NCBI GenBank assembly: GCA_963827235.1
Contig: CAWHAE010000009.1
Coordinates: 96,001 to 160,000, forward strand
Source: an uncultured bacterium
GTDB lineage: Bacteria > Chloroflexota > UBA5177 > JANWHV01
Direction: 5' to 3'
DNA length: 64,000 bases
In this document: positions 50,212 to 61,070 of the stretch, one piece after another
Layout: every line of letters starts with the position of its first letter
How positions within the stretch are numbered: position 1 is the stretch's first letter
The notes under the pieces: model-generated
Told to the model about the DNA's origin: nothing
The model's database searches: none
What the model saw: the letters and a program-made list of their open reading frames with translations, nothing else
Position numbers and translations under genes: made by a program

Positions 50212-51975
50212 ATGAGCACGAGCGACCCACCGGCACACCCACAAGCAGCCCGGCCGGACGTGCGGGTATCGGCGAGCACGCTGCGAGCCCGTAGGCAAGC
50301 GTTCTGGCGTGCCGGCACAACGCTGATCTTCGCACTTGTTGCAGTCGCCCCAATGTACTCCAGCCCCACTCTCGCCACCTATGCTGCCGTCGTCGTCCTC
50401 TACGTCTTCTGCGAGTGGCTGGTCGTCATATTGCACGAGTCCGGGCATCTCCTGGCAGGACTGACCATGGGCTACCGGTTCCGGCAGTTGCGGGTTGGCC
50501 CTCTGCTGCTCTACGTCCGCATCCCGGGCCGTGGCCTGCGCGCCGGATGGGCACAGCGAGCTCGGGGCGGGCATTGCGCAATGATCCCGAATGGCCGGCG
50601 CAGCACATGGCATGAGGCATGCTGGCTTCTCGCCGCTGGATCGTTTGTGACGTGCCTCCTGGGCGGAGTGAGTGTAGCGTGTCTGGTGGGCGGAGTCTGG
50701 AACGCCAGACAGCCTTCGTTGGTTGGCGTTGCGCTCTACGAGTTCGCAGTGGCGTCGATGATCAGTCTCTACGTGAACGCTGTGCCATACATGTCTGCTA
50801 ACGCCACGCGAGACTTCGCATGGCTCTGGTGGCTGCTGCGAAACCCCAACACGCGGGAGCAGGCTATGGCCGTGCGCCATGTCTCGGAGATGCTTGCGCA
50901 GGGTACACGACCCCGTGATCTGCCCGAGGATCTGCTCGCGCGCGTGCTTGAGGTCCCGGCACCACCCGTGTTGGTCGTGCTCGCCTCTATGCAGCTCTAC
51001 TACCGGCAGATCGATTTGCGACAGGCGCCGGAGGCCATTGCTACGCTCGACGAGCTTGCACGCAGGATCCGTCGGAAACGCGCGCGTCTCATTGCCTCCT
51101 TCCAGGTTGAGGTTGCATTCTTCATTGCCCGGTACCGGTATGAAGGCAGGCGTGCCAACGCCATTCTCGCCAAGGTACGTTCCAGGCAAGTGGAAAGGTC
51201 ACGACTGCTGCGCGCCCGCGCCGCGGCGGCTTTGGCCATGGGCGAGTGGGCGCAAGCGGAGAGCTACGTCGTCGAGGCTCGTCGACAGCTCGTGTCACAT
51301 GTCGAACAAGGTCTTTCCTTCGCGGAAGATGCCTGGCTTCAGCAGATTCTGGGCGGTGTTGCGCTTGGGCGTGGAGAGCAGCCTTCGGTAATCCCTGTCC
51401 GGGTGCAGGCTTCCGGCACCTTGCTCGAGGTGCCTCAGGCGCTGCCTGGGCGAGATCTCAGCGAGGAAGACCTGGCTTCCGTGGGAAACACGTGCCAGGT
51501 ACTCGGCCTGACGCTGCGACTGCGTATTGCCATACGGCTGGCGCAGGATGAGGCCGTGCGCTTCCATCACGACTTCGTCGGCACCGAGCATCTGCTGCTG
51601 GGCCTGGCCCGCCTGGATGGCAGCCTGGCCGCTCGCGTGCTGCAGAGTAGCGGCGTCACGTTGCCTCAGCTGCACGGCGAGGTGGCTTCCGGCATGGATG
51701 CGGATGATGAACAGGTACCCGAAGCCACCGAGTTCACGGACCAGGCGAAGGTAGCTTTCACGACGGCGGTGCGGGAGGCCCGCAACCTTGGGCACGAGCA
51801 TGTTGGCTCGGAGCACCTTCTGCTGGGCCTGCTTGGCAACGAGGACGGCAATGCCGCCGTCGCCCTGGTCAAGCGGGGACTGACACTTCGGGCACTTCGC
51901 ACGACGATTGAGCGTCTCATGGAATCGGTCCTCCCCGTCGCTCCTGCGACCACGGCATCCGGTTCCGACGTCTAG
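50212..51975 (+). CDS. M50-like membrane peptidase fused to a helical region and a double Clp-N domain
   Basis: LHESGH in TM context; C-terminal AQDEA..VGTEHLLLGL and EARNLGHEHVGSEHLLLGL. Confidence 0.75.
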   Translation: MSTSDPPAHPQAARPDVRVSASTLRARRQAFWRAGTTLIFALVAVAPMYSSPTLATYAAVVVLYVFCEWLVVILHESGHLLAGLTMGYRFRQLRVGPLLLYVRIPGRGLRAGWAQRARGGHCAMIPNGRRSTWHEACWLLAAGSFVTCLLGGVSVACLVGGVWNARQPSLVGVALYEFAVASMISLYVNAVPYMSANATRDFAWLWWLLRNPNTREQAMAVRHVSEMLAQGTRPRDLPEDLLARVLEVPAPPVLVVLASMQLYYRQIDLRQAPEAIATLDELARRIRRKRARLIASFQVEVAFFIARYRYEGRRANAILAKVRSRQVERSRLLRARAAAALAMGEWAQAESYVVEARRQLVSHVEQGLSFAEDAWLQQILGGVALGRGEQPSVIPVRVQASGTLLEVPQALPGRDLSEEDLASVGNTCQVLGLTLRLRIAIRLAQDEAVRFHHDFVGTEHLLLGLARLDGSLAARVLQSSGVTLPQLHGEVASGMDADDEQVPEATEFTDQAKVAFTTAVREARNLGHEHVGSEHLLLGLLGNEDGNAAVALVKRGLTLRALRTTIERLMESVLPVAPATTASGSDV

Positions 51976-52276
51976 CCTGCCTGCCACCGCTCGTTGTCTC
52001 CGGCGCCTGCCGTGCCAGTACTGCTACCCTCGCCTCGCGTGCCGGACAGGCTCGGCGTTTCAAACCGCCCGCCTCTCACGATGCCTATGCGAAGGCCGTG
52101 CTACGATGCACGGTAGCAGTGCTCAAACCGGCGTGGCGCTGCCCTCCCCGGCCAGACTGCTCGCGCTGCGGACTCGCATGCGAGGCGGGCCGTCAACGGC
52201 CACGAGTCATTGCGCACCGCCGTCGAGGTTGAGCTCCACGGCACGGCGGCAGCACCTGTTACATGAAGGAGACAAG

Positions 52277-53188
52277 ATGAAAGCCATGGTTTTCGACCAC
52301 TACGGTGGCCCCGAGGTCCTGCACGCGGCCGAGGTCGCCACCCCGGCGGCCGGCCCGGGCCAGCTCCGCATCCGCGTCAAGGCGGTCGGAGTCAACCCGC
52401 TGGACACCAAGATCCGGTCTGGCATGATGCAGGCCATACGGCCCATGACCCTGCCCGCGATTGTCGGCATCGACGTGGCGGGCGTCGTCGATCAGGTGGG
52501 TGAGGGGGTCACGGACGCGGCGGTGGGCGACGACGTGCTGGGGTGGGCCGACACCGGCGCCTACGCCGAGTACGCCTTGGCGACCAAGGTGGCGCGCAAG
52601 CCGGCCGCCCTGGGCTGGGACACCGCCGCCGCGCTGCCGGTCGCCGGAGAGACCGCGCTGCGCGTGCTGGACCTCCTCGAGGTCAAGGCCGGAGAGACGC
52701 TGCTGATCCACGGCGCGGCAGGAGCAGTGGGCACGATCGCTGTCCAGCTGGCGGTAGTCCGGGGCGCGACCGTGATCGGCACGGCCAGCCCGGCGAACCA
52801 CGCGTACCTCCGCGATCTCGGTGCTATCCCGGTGGAGTATGGTGACCGGCTGGTAGAACGGGTTCGCGCCCTGGCTCCGCGCGGCATAGACGCAGTCCTC
52901 GATGCCGCCGGCAGGGGCGCTCTCCCAGCATCCATCGAGCTGCGGGGCGGCACGTCGCGCGTCGTCACGATCGCCGACATGGGAGCCCAAAAACTCGGCG
53001 TGCACTTCGCCGCCGGCACCGGGGCAACACGGTCGGCGCCCGCGCTCGCCGAGTTAGCCCGGCGCGCCGCCGGCGGCGCGCTCCGGGTGACCGTGTCCGC
53101 GACCTATCCGCTCGAGCAGGCGGCCGAGGCCCACCGCGTCTCAGAGGTGGGGCACCTGCGCGGCAAGATCGTGCTTCTGGTCGACTGA
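52277..53188 (+). CDS. NADP-dependent MDR (quinone) oxidoreductase
   Basis: YGGPEVL, GVNPLD, LIHGAAGAVG, GKIVL; RBS aaggag. Confidence 0.92.
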   Translation: MKAMVFDHYGGPEVLHAAEVATPAAGPGQLRIRVKAVGVNPLDTKIRSGMMQAIRPMTLPAIVGIDVAGVVDQVGEGVTDAAVGDDVLGWADTGAYAEYALATKVARKPAALGWDTAAALPVAGETALRVLDLLEVKAGETLLIHGAAGAVGTIAVQLAVVRGATVIGTASPANHAYLRDLGAIPVEYGDRLVERVRALAPRGIDAVLDAAGRGALPASIELRGGTSRVVTIADMGAQKLGVHFAAGTGATRSAPALAELARRAAGGALRVTVSATYPLEQAAEAHRVSEVGHLRGKIVLLVD

Positions 53189-53332
53189 GCCTGCCCACGC
53201 GCGCCGCCGAGGCCCCTAGCGCTGGCAGGCAGATAGCGCACGGTCCGTGCGCACTCCCATCAGATGTCCGACTATGCCGCACCTGATCTATCATGGGCAC
53301 CGAGTGGACCGTAACGAGCTGAGCAGCGAGAG

Positions 53333-54202
53333 GTGAACCACATGGCACCGGCGCGCCGTTTGCACTTCGGCATCAAGACCGCTCCCCAGAACACCACCTA
53401 CGACGATGTCTTGCGCGTCTGGCAGGAGGCCGATGAGCAGCCGCTGCTCGAGCACGCCTGGCTCTTCGACCACTTCATGCCCATCTTTGGCGACCCGACC
53501 GGTCCCTGCCTGGAGGGATGGACGCTCCTCACGGCGCTCGCCGCTTTGACCGAGCGCCTGCGCGTCGGCCTGATGGTCACCGGGAACACCTACAGGCACC
53601 CCGCCGTACTTGCCAATATCGGTGCCACGCTCGATATCATATCGCGCGGGCGGCTCGACTTTGGGCTTGGCGCCGGGTGGAACGAGCGGGAGCACCAGGC
53701 GTATGGCATCCCGCTCTACCCGGTGGGGGAGCGAATCCGCCGCCTGGGCGAGTCCTGTGAGGTGATTCGCCGGCTGTGGACGGAGCAGGCGCCCTCCTTC
53801 GAGGGCAAGTACTTTCACCTGACCGATGCCTACTGCGAGCCGAAGCCGGTGCAGAAGCCTCACCCACCCTTCGTCATCGGCGGCAGCGGCGAGAAACTGA
53901 CCCTGCGCGTGGCCGCTCGCTATGCGAGCATCTGGAACTACGTCACCGGTCCGGTCGAGGAGTTCCAGCGCAAGAACGCGGTGCTCGACGAGCATTGCCG
54001 GTCGATCGGCCGCGACCCGGCTGAGATTCAGCGCTCCGTGCAGCTGATGATGGAACCCACTGACTGGCCGGCCAGCCGGGAGCTGGTACGCGGCTACATC
54101 GATGCCGGCGCGAGCCACCTGATCCTCAACCTGCGCCCACCGTACCCCGAACGGATCGCCCGCAGCCTGGTAACGGAGATAGTCGAGCCCTTACTGTCGT
54201 AG
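53333..54202 (+). CDS. LLM class F420-dependent oxidoreductase
   Basis: WLFDHF, GNTYRHPAVLA, GLGAGW, PKPVQKPHPP. Confidence 0.92.
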   Translation: MNHMAPARRLHFGIKTAPQNTTYDDVLRVWQEADEQPLLEHAWLFDHFMPIFGDPTGPCLEGWTLLTALAALTERLRVGLMVTGNTYRHPAVLANIGATLDIISRGRLDFGLGAGWNEREHQAYGIPLYPVGERIRRLGESCEVIRRLWTEQAPSFEGKYFHLTDAYCEPKPVQKPHPPFVIGGSGEKLTLRVAARYASIWNYVTGPVEEFQRKNAVLDEHCRSIGRDPAEIQRSVQLMMEPTDWPASRELVRGYIDAGASHLILNLRPPYPERIARSLVTEIVEPLLS

Positions 54203-54234
54203 GCGACTTTCAGGTCTTGGCATGAGATGGCTGA

Positions 54235-54485
54235 CGGCAGGACGAGGCATCGTGCACTGCGAGATGTTCCCACTTCTCGACCGCACCGGCCCAACCGCTC
54301 GCAGCTGTTCCAGATCTGGCTGAACCTGCCGGCTGCCAACCAGATAGTAGAACGGTACTTCACGATGCTCTGGCGCGAGCACCTGCCCCGCCCGGTAGCC
54401 ACGGACGACGCCGGGCGAACGATCGAGGTGACCTTGGTCGCGGGAGCGCTCGCGGAGCCGCAGCCGCCGGCTCCCCCTCCGAATG
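54235..54485 (+). pseudogene. pirin family fragment
   Basis: GIVHCEMFP (other frame) then LFQIWLNLPA; frameshifted and partial. Confidence 0.65.
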
Positions 54486-54751
54486 GCAACCGAACGCACG
54501 CACACGGCAATGTGCCTGGTCGCCGTGCTCACGGTCTTGCCGGAGGTGAACCGATCCTGGGTTGTCTCCTCGGCTGTGTGGCACCTGCACGAGGGCAAGT
54601 CGCGAGACTCATACAGCCTGTTTGACAAGCGTTTCCAGGTCCCGGCAACAACCCGGTTTTGGCACACTGCAGCGAAGATCCTAGGAATGACCAAGCCAAG
54701 GCCAAGGCATTGACCGCACAGCCAACAGGCAACCCGCCGCCCGCGGCGAAA

Positions 54752-55636
54752 ATGCACGCCGAAGAGGTAGATATTGACCTTCCTCTCGTTCGCGCATTGC
54801 TTGCCGCGCAGTTCCCGGCGTGGGCATACCTGCCGATCCGCGCCGTCGGACCGTTCGGGACGGACAATGTGCTCTATCGGCTAGGCGCCGACATGGTCGT
54901 GCGACTGCCTCGTCGCGTGCAGGACGTCGCCACCCTGATCAAGGAACGTACGTGGCTGCCCCGCCTTGCGCCGCTCCTGCCGCTCGCTATCCCGACCCCG
55001 CTCGCTCATGGCATGCCCGGCAGTGGCTACCCCCTCGAGTGGTCGATTTACCGGTGGCTCGACGGGGAGAGCGCCAACCTCGCGCCCATTGCCGACCTGC
55101 GACGGGCCGCGACCGATCTGGCAGCGTTCATCACCGAGCCGCAATCTATCGACACCACGGGTGGGCCACGGCCGGAGAATGACTCGGCCCGCGGCGTGCC
55201 GCTGGCACGACGGGCCGCGGCGACGCGCGCGGCGATTGCAGCCCTGCATGAAGAGGTCGATACCGTCAGGGTAACCGCATCCTGGGAGGCGGCACTGCGT
55301 GCGCAAGCATGGCACGGCCCGCCCGTGTGGTTCCACGGCGACCTCGACGCACGCAACCTGCTCGTCACGAACGGCCGGCTCAGCGCCGTCATCGACTTCG
55401 GATGCCTGGGCGTGGGTGACCCTGCCTGCGACGTGATGGTCGCCTGGAAGCTCTTCACACCGGCTGCCCGCCACAGCTTTCGCACGCTACTTGCGGTCGA
55501 CGAGGCGACTTGGGCGCGGAGCCGCGGCTGGGCACTTTCCCAGGCGCTGCTGATTCTGGCCTACTATACCCCGGAGACGAACCCGGTACTCGTAGGTGAA
55601 GCGAAGCGCTGGGTGGCAAACGTGCTCGCCGACTAG
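54752..55636 (+). CDS. aminoglycoside phosphotransferase family protein
   Basis: GTDNVLYRLG, HGDLDARN, VIDFG. Confidence 0.9.
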   Translation: MHAEEVDIDLPLVRALLAAQFPAWAYLPIRAVGPFGTDNVLYRLGADMVVRLPRRVQDVATLIKERTWLPRLAPLLPLAIPTPLAHGMPGSGYPLEWSIYRWLDGESANLAPIADLRRAATDLAAFITEPQSIDTTGGPRPENDSARGVPLARRAAATRAAIAALHEEVDTVRVTASWEAALRAQAWHGPPVWFHGDLDARNLLVTNGRLSAVIDFGCLGVGDPACDVMVAWKLFTPAARHSFRTLLAVDEATWARSRGWALSQALLILAYYTPETNPVLVGEAKRWVANVLAD

Positions 55637-56163
55637 GCTGCGAAGTCCTGAAGCTCGCCGTTGTCCAGCAGGTGCGCTCGTCTCGCCTGAACGAAACGAG
55701 CTTCGCCGCGGTCCGTGCGACCGCTACGCTCGGCCGCACGCGTGTGCAGGTCGCTCCTGTCCCGGCACCTGCGATAGGGTACGACGGCAATCGCGCTCGG
55801 CATCAGGCTTCGCCTCGCCGCTGGCGCCTGCGGACAGCGCCCGACAAGCGAGCTGTCGCGACCTGGTCGCGGTGTGGCTATCGCAAGCGTTCGGCCTTCA
55901 CGGCCCGGCGACAACCCGCGCTGTTGCTGTGCCGGCTGCAATGTGCATCCCTGCGCCGCCGGTTGCCCGAGCATAGGTAAGGTAGAGCCCGTCGAGCACC
56001 GGCGTACCGCACGCCAGCATCCCGCCTCTACCGCGCCCTTGCCAAGGTCGCCTCGGAGACAAAGCGCCGTACCCGGCGCCAATACCTGGAGGCGGGAGCA
56101 CGGATGTGCCGATCAGCCGGCACGGGTCGGCGATCGGAGATAGATAATACTCCCAACAGGCCA

Positions 56164-56216
56164 TTGCACGTACCTTTCGACGTCTGTATATTTAACTAGG
56201 TGAACATTTAGATGTT
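56164..56216 (+). promoter_or_regulatory. promoter with candidate MarR operator
   Basis: TTGCAC-17-TATATT; AACAT-N4-ATGTT at 56203-56216. Confidence 0.6.
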
Positions 56217-56262
56217 GAGATTCTCATACTGTGTAATGCATGCTTCGACAGGAGGAGCAAGT

Positions 56263-57828
56263 ATGGCCGTGCAGTCCCCGGGCACGCCGCCCGGCGCACC
56301 ATTTACCTTGCGTTCGATCTTGGTGCCCTTGCTGACGCTGATCGTCGGCATGTTCATGGTTCTGCTCGACATGACCGCCGTCAACGTGGCGCTGCCGACG
56401 CTGGTAAAGGACTTCCACTCCCCGCTGAGTACCGTACAATGGGTGCTCACCGGGTATATGCTCGCGCAAGCCGCGGTCATTCCTCTGGCCGGCTGGCTTT
56501 CGGATCGTTTTGGCGCTAGACGTATCTTCCTCTTTGCTGTCGCTCTCTTCACACTGGGCTCCGGACTCTGCGCCGTGGCCCAAAGCGACACGATGCTGAT
56601 CGCGTTCCGCGTCTTGCAGGGGTTGGGCGGCGGTTTCGTCATGCCGATAGCAATGGCCTACACTTATCGCCTCAGCCCGCCCGACAAGATCGGCATGGTT
56701 ATGGGTACGATGGGTATCCCGATTCTCTTCGCACCCGCGCTCGGCCCGACCATCTCCGGCTGGCTGGTCCAGTATGCGGATTGGCGCTGGATTTTCTCCA
56801 TCAACCTCCCGATCGGCGTCATCGCCCTCTGGCTTGGCTCGCGCAAGCTGCCGATCGTCGGCACCAAGGCGGCAGGCGAGCTCGACCTGCCCGGCATCGT
56901 GCTTGGCCCGCTCGCCTTCAGCCTGCTCTCCTACGGTGTCAGTGAAGGGGCGACGAGCTGGACCTCCGGCAATACCCTCGTCGGCCTGATCGGCGGCGTT
57001 GCCGCACTGGCGGCGTTCATCGTCGCCGAGCTGCGTGCCCACAAACCGCTGCTTGAGCTCCGCGTGTTCGGATCGATCGACTTCTCGCTGGCCGTAGTCG
57101 CGCAATGGGTCGGACAGATCGGCCTGTTCGGCGGTATCTTCCTCGTCCCGTTGTTTCTACAGCAAGTACGCGGCTACGGGCCGTTCGACACAGGGCTCGT
57201 GCTAGTGGCGCAGGCGCTGGCTGCCGCGGTCTTCATGCCCATCGGCGGCCAGCTCTTCGACAAGATCGGCGTGCGACCTCTGGTGGTCGGCGGCTTGGGA
57301 CTCGTCTCGGCCGGAACCTACATGCTGACGCAACTCAGCGGCAGCACGACCGGCACGGATATGGTCCTGCCGCTCGTCCTCCGCGGCGCGGGCATGGCGC
57401 TGATGATGATGCCGCTCAGCACGCACATTCTCAACTCGGCGCCGCGCGAGCTGGTGAGCCGGGTGACGTCACTCACCACGGCACTGCAGATGGTGATCAA
57501 TTCTCTTGCCGTGGCTGGACTCTCGACCATACTTTCTTCCAGGACCGCGTACCATGCCGCCACGGCGCAAATCAACGCCCTCGCTGCCAAAGCGGCTGCA
57601 GCGGCCGCGCACGCCCATGCGGCCGGACATGCCTTGTCGGCTCCCTCCTCGACAAGCCTCCCGCTGCCGATCGCCAATCTCTTTGCGCATGCGTTCAGCG
57701 ATACGCTCATGGCGACGACCGTCATAGCAATTGTCGGCGCGCTTCTGGGCTTCACGCTGCGGCGTAAGCCTGCCGCGCAAGCCTCCGCCGCGCCGGGCGG
57801 CCAATCTGCTTTTGAAATGGTAGGCTAA
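56263..57828 (+). CDS. DHA2 (EmrB/QacA) MFS efflux permease
   Basis: LDMTAVNVALP, GWLSDRFG, WRWIFSINLPIG; RBS ggagga. Confidence 0.93.
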   Translation: MAVQSPGTPPGAPFTLRSILVPLLTLIVGMFMVLLDMTAVNVALPTLVKDFHSPLSTVQWVLTGYMLAQAAVIPLAGWLSDRFGARRIFLFAVALFTLGSGLCAVAQSDTMLIAFRVLQGLGGGFVMPIAMAYTYRLSPPDKIGMVMGTMGIPILFAPALGPTISGWLVQYADWRWIFSINLPIGVIALWLGSRKLPIVGTKAAGELDLPGIVLGPLAFSLLSYGVSEGATSWTSGNTLVGLIGGVAALAAFIVAELRAHKPLLELRVFGSIDFSLAVVAQWVGQIGLFGGIFLVPLFLQQVRGYGPFDTGLVLVAQALAAAVFMPIGGQLFDKIGVRPLVVGGLGLVSAGTYMLTQLSGSTTGTDMVLPLVLRGAGMALMMMPLSTHILNSAPRELVSRVTSLTTALQMVINSLAVAGLSTILSSRTAYHAATAQINALAAKAAAAAAHAHAAGHALSAPSSTSLPLPIANLFAHAFSDTLMATTVIAIVGALLGFTLRRKPAAQASAAPGGQSAFEMVG

Positions 57829-57835
57829 CACTTCT

Positions 57836-58345
57836 ATGACTTTCGCCTCTGAGTCAGCAGTTCAGTCCGCCGGTTCCATCCGGAGCAGCGATATTGACGA
57901 ATGCATTGAAACGCTGGTAGAGATCCTGCCTCGTGTCACACGCATGCTCAAGTCGCAGTTGCGGGGCGGCAAGCTCACGCCGCAGAACATGATCTTGCTG
58001 ACGATCATGCAAGAGCTCGACGATATTCATGAGGATGGCTCAAATCCGGGCGAGCTTGCCAGGAAATCCTGCCTGTCCAGCGCGGCAATCACCGCCGCGC
58101 TGGACGATCTCGTGGCGGGAGGCTTTTGCGTGCGCGCGCATAGCGAGAAGGACCGGCGAAAGGTACTGCTCCACGTCACGCCACACGGCCGCTTGGCCCT
58201 GGCCGAGATGCGCGAAGACATCAGGGCATTGCTGTATCGTATGCTGAACGGCTGGGACGTGGAGCGCGCCACGCGACTGCGCATGGCGCTTGTGGACCTC
58301 GATGCCGCCGTGCAGACCGCTGTCTCAGCCCCGCCAATGGGCTGA
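57836..58345 (+). CDS. MarR family regulator
   Basis: ELARK..ITAALDDL..DRRKVLLHVTPHG. Confidence 0.88.
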   Translation: MTFASESAVQSAGSIRSSDIDECIETLVEILPRVTRMLKSQLRGGKLTPQNMILLTIMQELDDIHEDGSNPGELARKSCLSSAAITAALDDLVAGGFCVRAHSEKDRRKVLLHVTPHGRLALAEMREDIRALLYRMLNGWDVERATRLRMALVDLDAAVQTAVSAPPMG

Positions 58346-58349
58346 GCGC

Positions 58350-58486
58350 GCATTGGCCATGCCCGACAGGGAGCAGACCCGGGCTCGACCACGCTCGACG
58401 CACAGCAAGTACGTATCTGCGATGAGCACGGAGAGTTCTGGGTCGTGATGCGCGATCCCGAAGGTAGCGAGTTCTGCGTGCAATAG
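58350..58486 (+). pseudogene. VOC family C-terminal remnant
   Basis: WVVMRDPEGSEFCVQ-stop. Confidence 0.6.
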
Positions 58487-58529
58487 GCGCAGCCGGCTGT
58501 GCCTTCTGTCACGGTGGCCCGGGAGCGTG

Positions 58530-59009
58530 TCAGCGACCTGGGTCGGCCTGCAGCCCTCCCCAGGTCCAGCGGGGCACGGGACGGCCCGCCGGTACGACGG
58601 CGTCGGCCGGCGCGTAGCGCATGACGTCGGCAACCGCCCACTCCATGTAGGCCCGCAGCGCGGCGCGCAGCTCGGTGTCGGTCGGCAGGCCGGCGTCGTC
58701 GAAGGCGCCAACGAAACAGCCGAGGAAGCGGCTACCAAGCCCGGCGTCTGCTTGCGTGCTGGCGTGCACGTCCAGCATGGCGGAGTGACCGCCGGTCTCT
58801 TGCGTGTAGGCGGGGGGACCGCCGAAGACCTCTGCCCAGTAGGCAGCCAGCCGCTCGATATGCTGGGGGTGCCCGGGATGGGAGAATGGGTGATTCAGCA
58901 CAGGGTCAGCCAGACAGCGCTGGTGGTGCGCGGCCGCCAGCCGCAAGAACGCTCCCTCTCCGCCGGCAGCCTCGAAGATTGACACGCTGTGCCGGTCACT
59001 GGTGTTCAC
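58530..59009 (-). CDS. group II truncated hemoglobin-like protein
   Basis: IFEAAGG..DPVL..HIERLAAYWAEVFGGP; RBS aaggag. Confidence 0.82.
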   Translation of the reverse strand: MNTSDRHSVSIFEAAGGEGAFLRLAAAHHQRCLADPVLNHPFSHPGHPQHIERLAAYWAEVFGGPPAYTQETGGHSAMLDVHASTQADAGLGSRFLGCFVGAFDDAGLPTDTELRAALRAYMEWAVADVMRYAPADAVVPAGRPVPRWTWGGLQADPGR

Positions 59010-59243
59010 TGTCCTGCTCCTTTCAGTCCGGTAGAGGCTAACACCCAGAAGAGGCCCCTGGGGCAGCGTGAGAGCAGGCCGAAACCGTTCCCAGATCGCT
59101 GCCCCGTCGATAAAGAGGCTTTCCATGATCCGGATAGCTTCCGCGTCCGGCCGCACGGACAGACTCCTCAACGGCTCCGTGACGAGCCCACGGTAGTACG
59201 TCAAGTAGTCGACCATCCCTCCCCTGGCGGCCACGTGCGTCGA

Positions 59244-60287
59244 TCAGGTGGCAGCGCGCTGCGGGGCAAGCGGTACCCGGACCGGCTTTCGCTCCAGGCT
59301 GGATTGCCCGGCGGCGAAGATGATCTCGTGCGTCTTCACCGCGTCCTGAATGTCCGGCATCGGGGTCCGGTCGTGCACGATGCAGTCCACGAAGTGGTCA
59401 ACCTCGCCTTGGAACGGGTGGTGCGCGACCTCCGCCGTGTCCGGCATGACGGTGGGCACCTCCGCCCAGCCGGTCTGACCTTCAAGCATCTCGGCGTAGA
59501 AGCGGTTCTGCACCAGGGTGCCCTTGCTCCCGTGCAGACGGACCAGGAAGCTGTATGGGACGTTCCCCTCCACGATGCTGGCCACCTTGCCGATCGTGCC
59601 GTCGTCGAAGTGCAGCAACACGACCATGGTGGCGTCGTACTCGCACTCGCCGGTGAAGCTGCCTGCGTAGCACATCACCTCGTCCACCTCCCCGGGCATG
59701 AACTGGCGCAACGCATCCACGGCGTGGCAGCCGGACAGCAACAGCGAGTCGCCACCCTCCCGCTTGGTTCGTGTCCAGTCATGCCTGGTGTCCCCGTTGG
59801 GCCGGTTTCCACTCATGTACCCGGTCTCTCCATAGAACAGCTTCCCAAGGACATCGTTGCGGATCAGCGACTTGACCATGTCGAAGTAGGGGCTCCAGTG
59901 CAACACGAAGCCCGCCAGGCTCTTGACCTCTGCCGCGCCTATCGCCGCGTCCAGGCGACGCAGCTCGTCCAGGCTCATTGCCACCGGCTTTTCAATCAGG
60001 ACATGCTTGCCCGCCTCGGCAGCGGCGATCCCTTGTTCGGCATGGCTGGCGTTCAGACCGCAGATGTCGATAATGTCCAGGTTGTTCTGCCTCAGCATCT
60101 GCCCATAGTCCGTGTACACCTGGCAGTCCTTCAGGCCGTGCCGCTCAACCGCCGCCAGCGCGTTCTGCCGATCGCGGCTGCACACCGCCGCCACGCGGCA
60201 GTGGCCGTTCTTGAGCCAGGCATCAATATGCGGATGCGACACCCAGCCTATGCCGACAACGCCAACGCCAAGGCACCTGTCTGCCAT
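59244..60287 (-). CDS. Gfo/Idh/MocA family oxidoreductase
   Basis: GVVGIGW, HVLIEKP, GCHAVD. Confidence 0.9.
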   Translation of the reverse strand: MADRCLGVGVVGIGWVSHPHIDAWLKNGHCRVAAVCSRDRQNALAAVERHGLKDCQVYTDYGQMLRQNNLDIIDICGLNASHAEQGIAAAEAGKHVLIEKPVAMSLDELRRLDAAIGAAEVKSLAGFVLHWSPYFDMVKSLIRNDVLGKLFYGETGYMSGNRPNGDTRHDWTRTKREGGDSLLLSGCHAVDALRQFMPGEVDEVMCYAGSFTGECEYDATMVVLLHFDDGTIGKVASIVEGNVPYSFLVRLHGSKGTLVQNRFYAEMLEGQTGWAEVPTVMPDTAEVAHHPFQGEVDHFVDCIVHDRTPMPDIQDAVKTHEIIFAAGQSSLERKPVRVPLAPQRAAT

Positions 60288-60639
60288 GCGATTCTTCCTC
60301 CTTGCTGCCACTCTCAGTTGCAGCTGTGCGCACCGACCGAGGGCATCGTCACCGTGACTATCATTGCATCTCCGCCAATGAGTGGACACCCGGCAGCGCG
60401 CAAGGGGGAGCAATTTCTCTACGAATATGACGCTGGCGCCAGCAGGCAGCACGATGTCGCTATCTATGCAGCGGAGCTGCCATGGTCCGGCAGAGATATC
60501 CACGGCAGGGCACTGCCTCTGCCATCGAGCAACAACAGCGGCAGGGGGATAGGCAGGAGCGCAGAGTCCTCGAGCAGACAAGCTGGGCCACGGCGAGGCG
60601 CATCGCTCTGCCGTGGCCCAGCTACTGTCGCGTGCCTGG

Positions 60640-61017
60640 TCAGTCGCCTATGCGACGCACGAAATGATAGGCGATGGCGTGTCCCTCATAGCTGACGGGG
60701 ATCATCTCCGTCTCCGCCGCGAAGGTGGTGCCGTCCTTGCGCAGGCCTCGAAAGCGAAAGGTGGCAGGAAAGGCCAGCGCGTTGACACGGTGGTGGTAAT
60801 TCCAGGCATAGTGCTCGCGATCTTCCTCGGCGATGAAGCTCTCGAGAAACGGCTCGGCGGCACACCACTCCGCGACCGTCAACCCGTGCAGGGCGGCCAT
60901 GCGCTCGTTGCACGTCTTGTGAGACTCGTCGAGCCACAGGTAGACGCCGTCAGGACTTCCCTCCAGGATCGGGCGGAACTGTTCCGCTACCGCGCGAATG
61001 ACTTCTGCATGCTCCAT
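60640..61017 (-). CDS. stand-alone PAS domain protein
   Basis: ILEGSPDGV..CNER..LRKDGTTF. Confidence 0.8.
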   Translation of the reverse strand: MEHAEVIRAVAEQFRPILEGSPDGVYLWLDESHKTCNERMAALHGLTVAEWCAAEPFLESFIAEEDREHYAWNYHHRVNALAFPATFRFRGLRKDGTTFAAETEMIPVSYEGHAIAYHFVRRIGD

Positions 61018-61070
61018 GGTGCCCTCCTTAAATCACGAATCTTGCGTTTGCATGGCAGCCGTGGTTAGCC

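Noticed and set aside
54752-55636. Bona fide aminoglycoside resistance gene
   Set aside because: Only generic APH/kinase-fold motifs; substrate cannot be inferred
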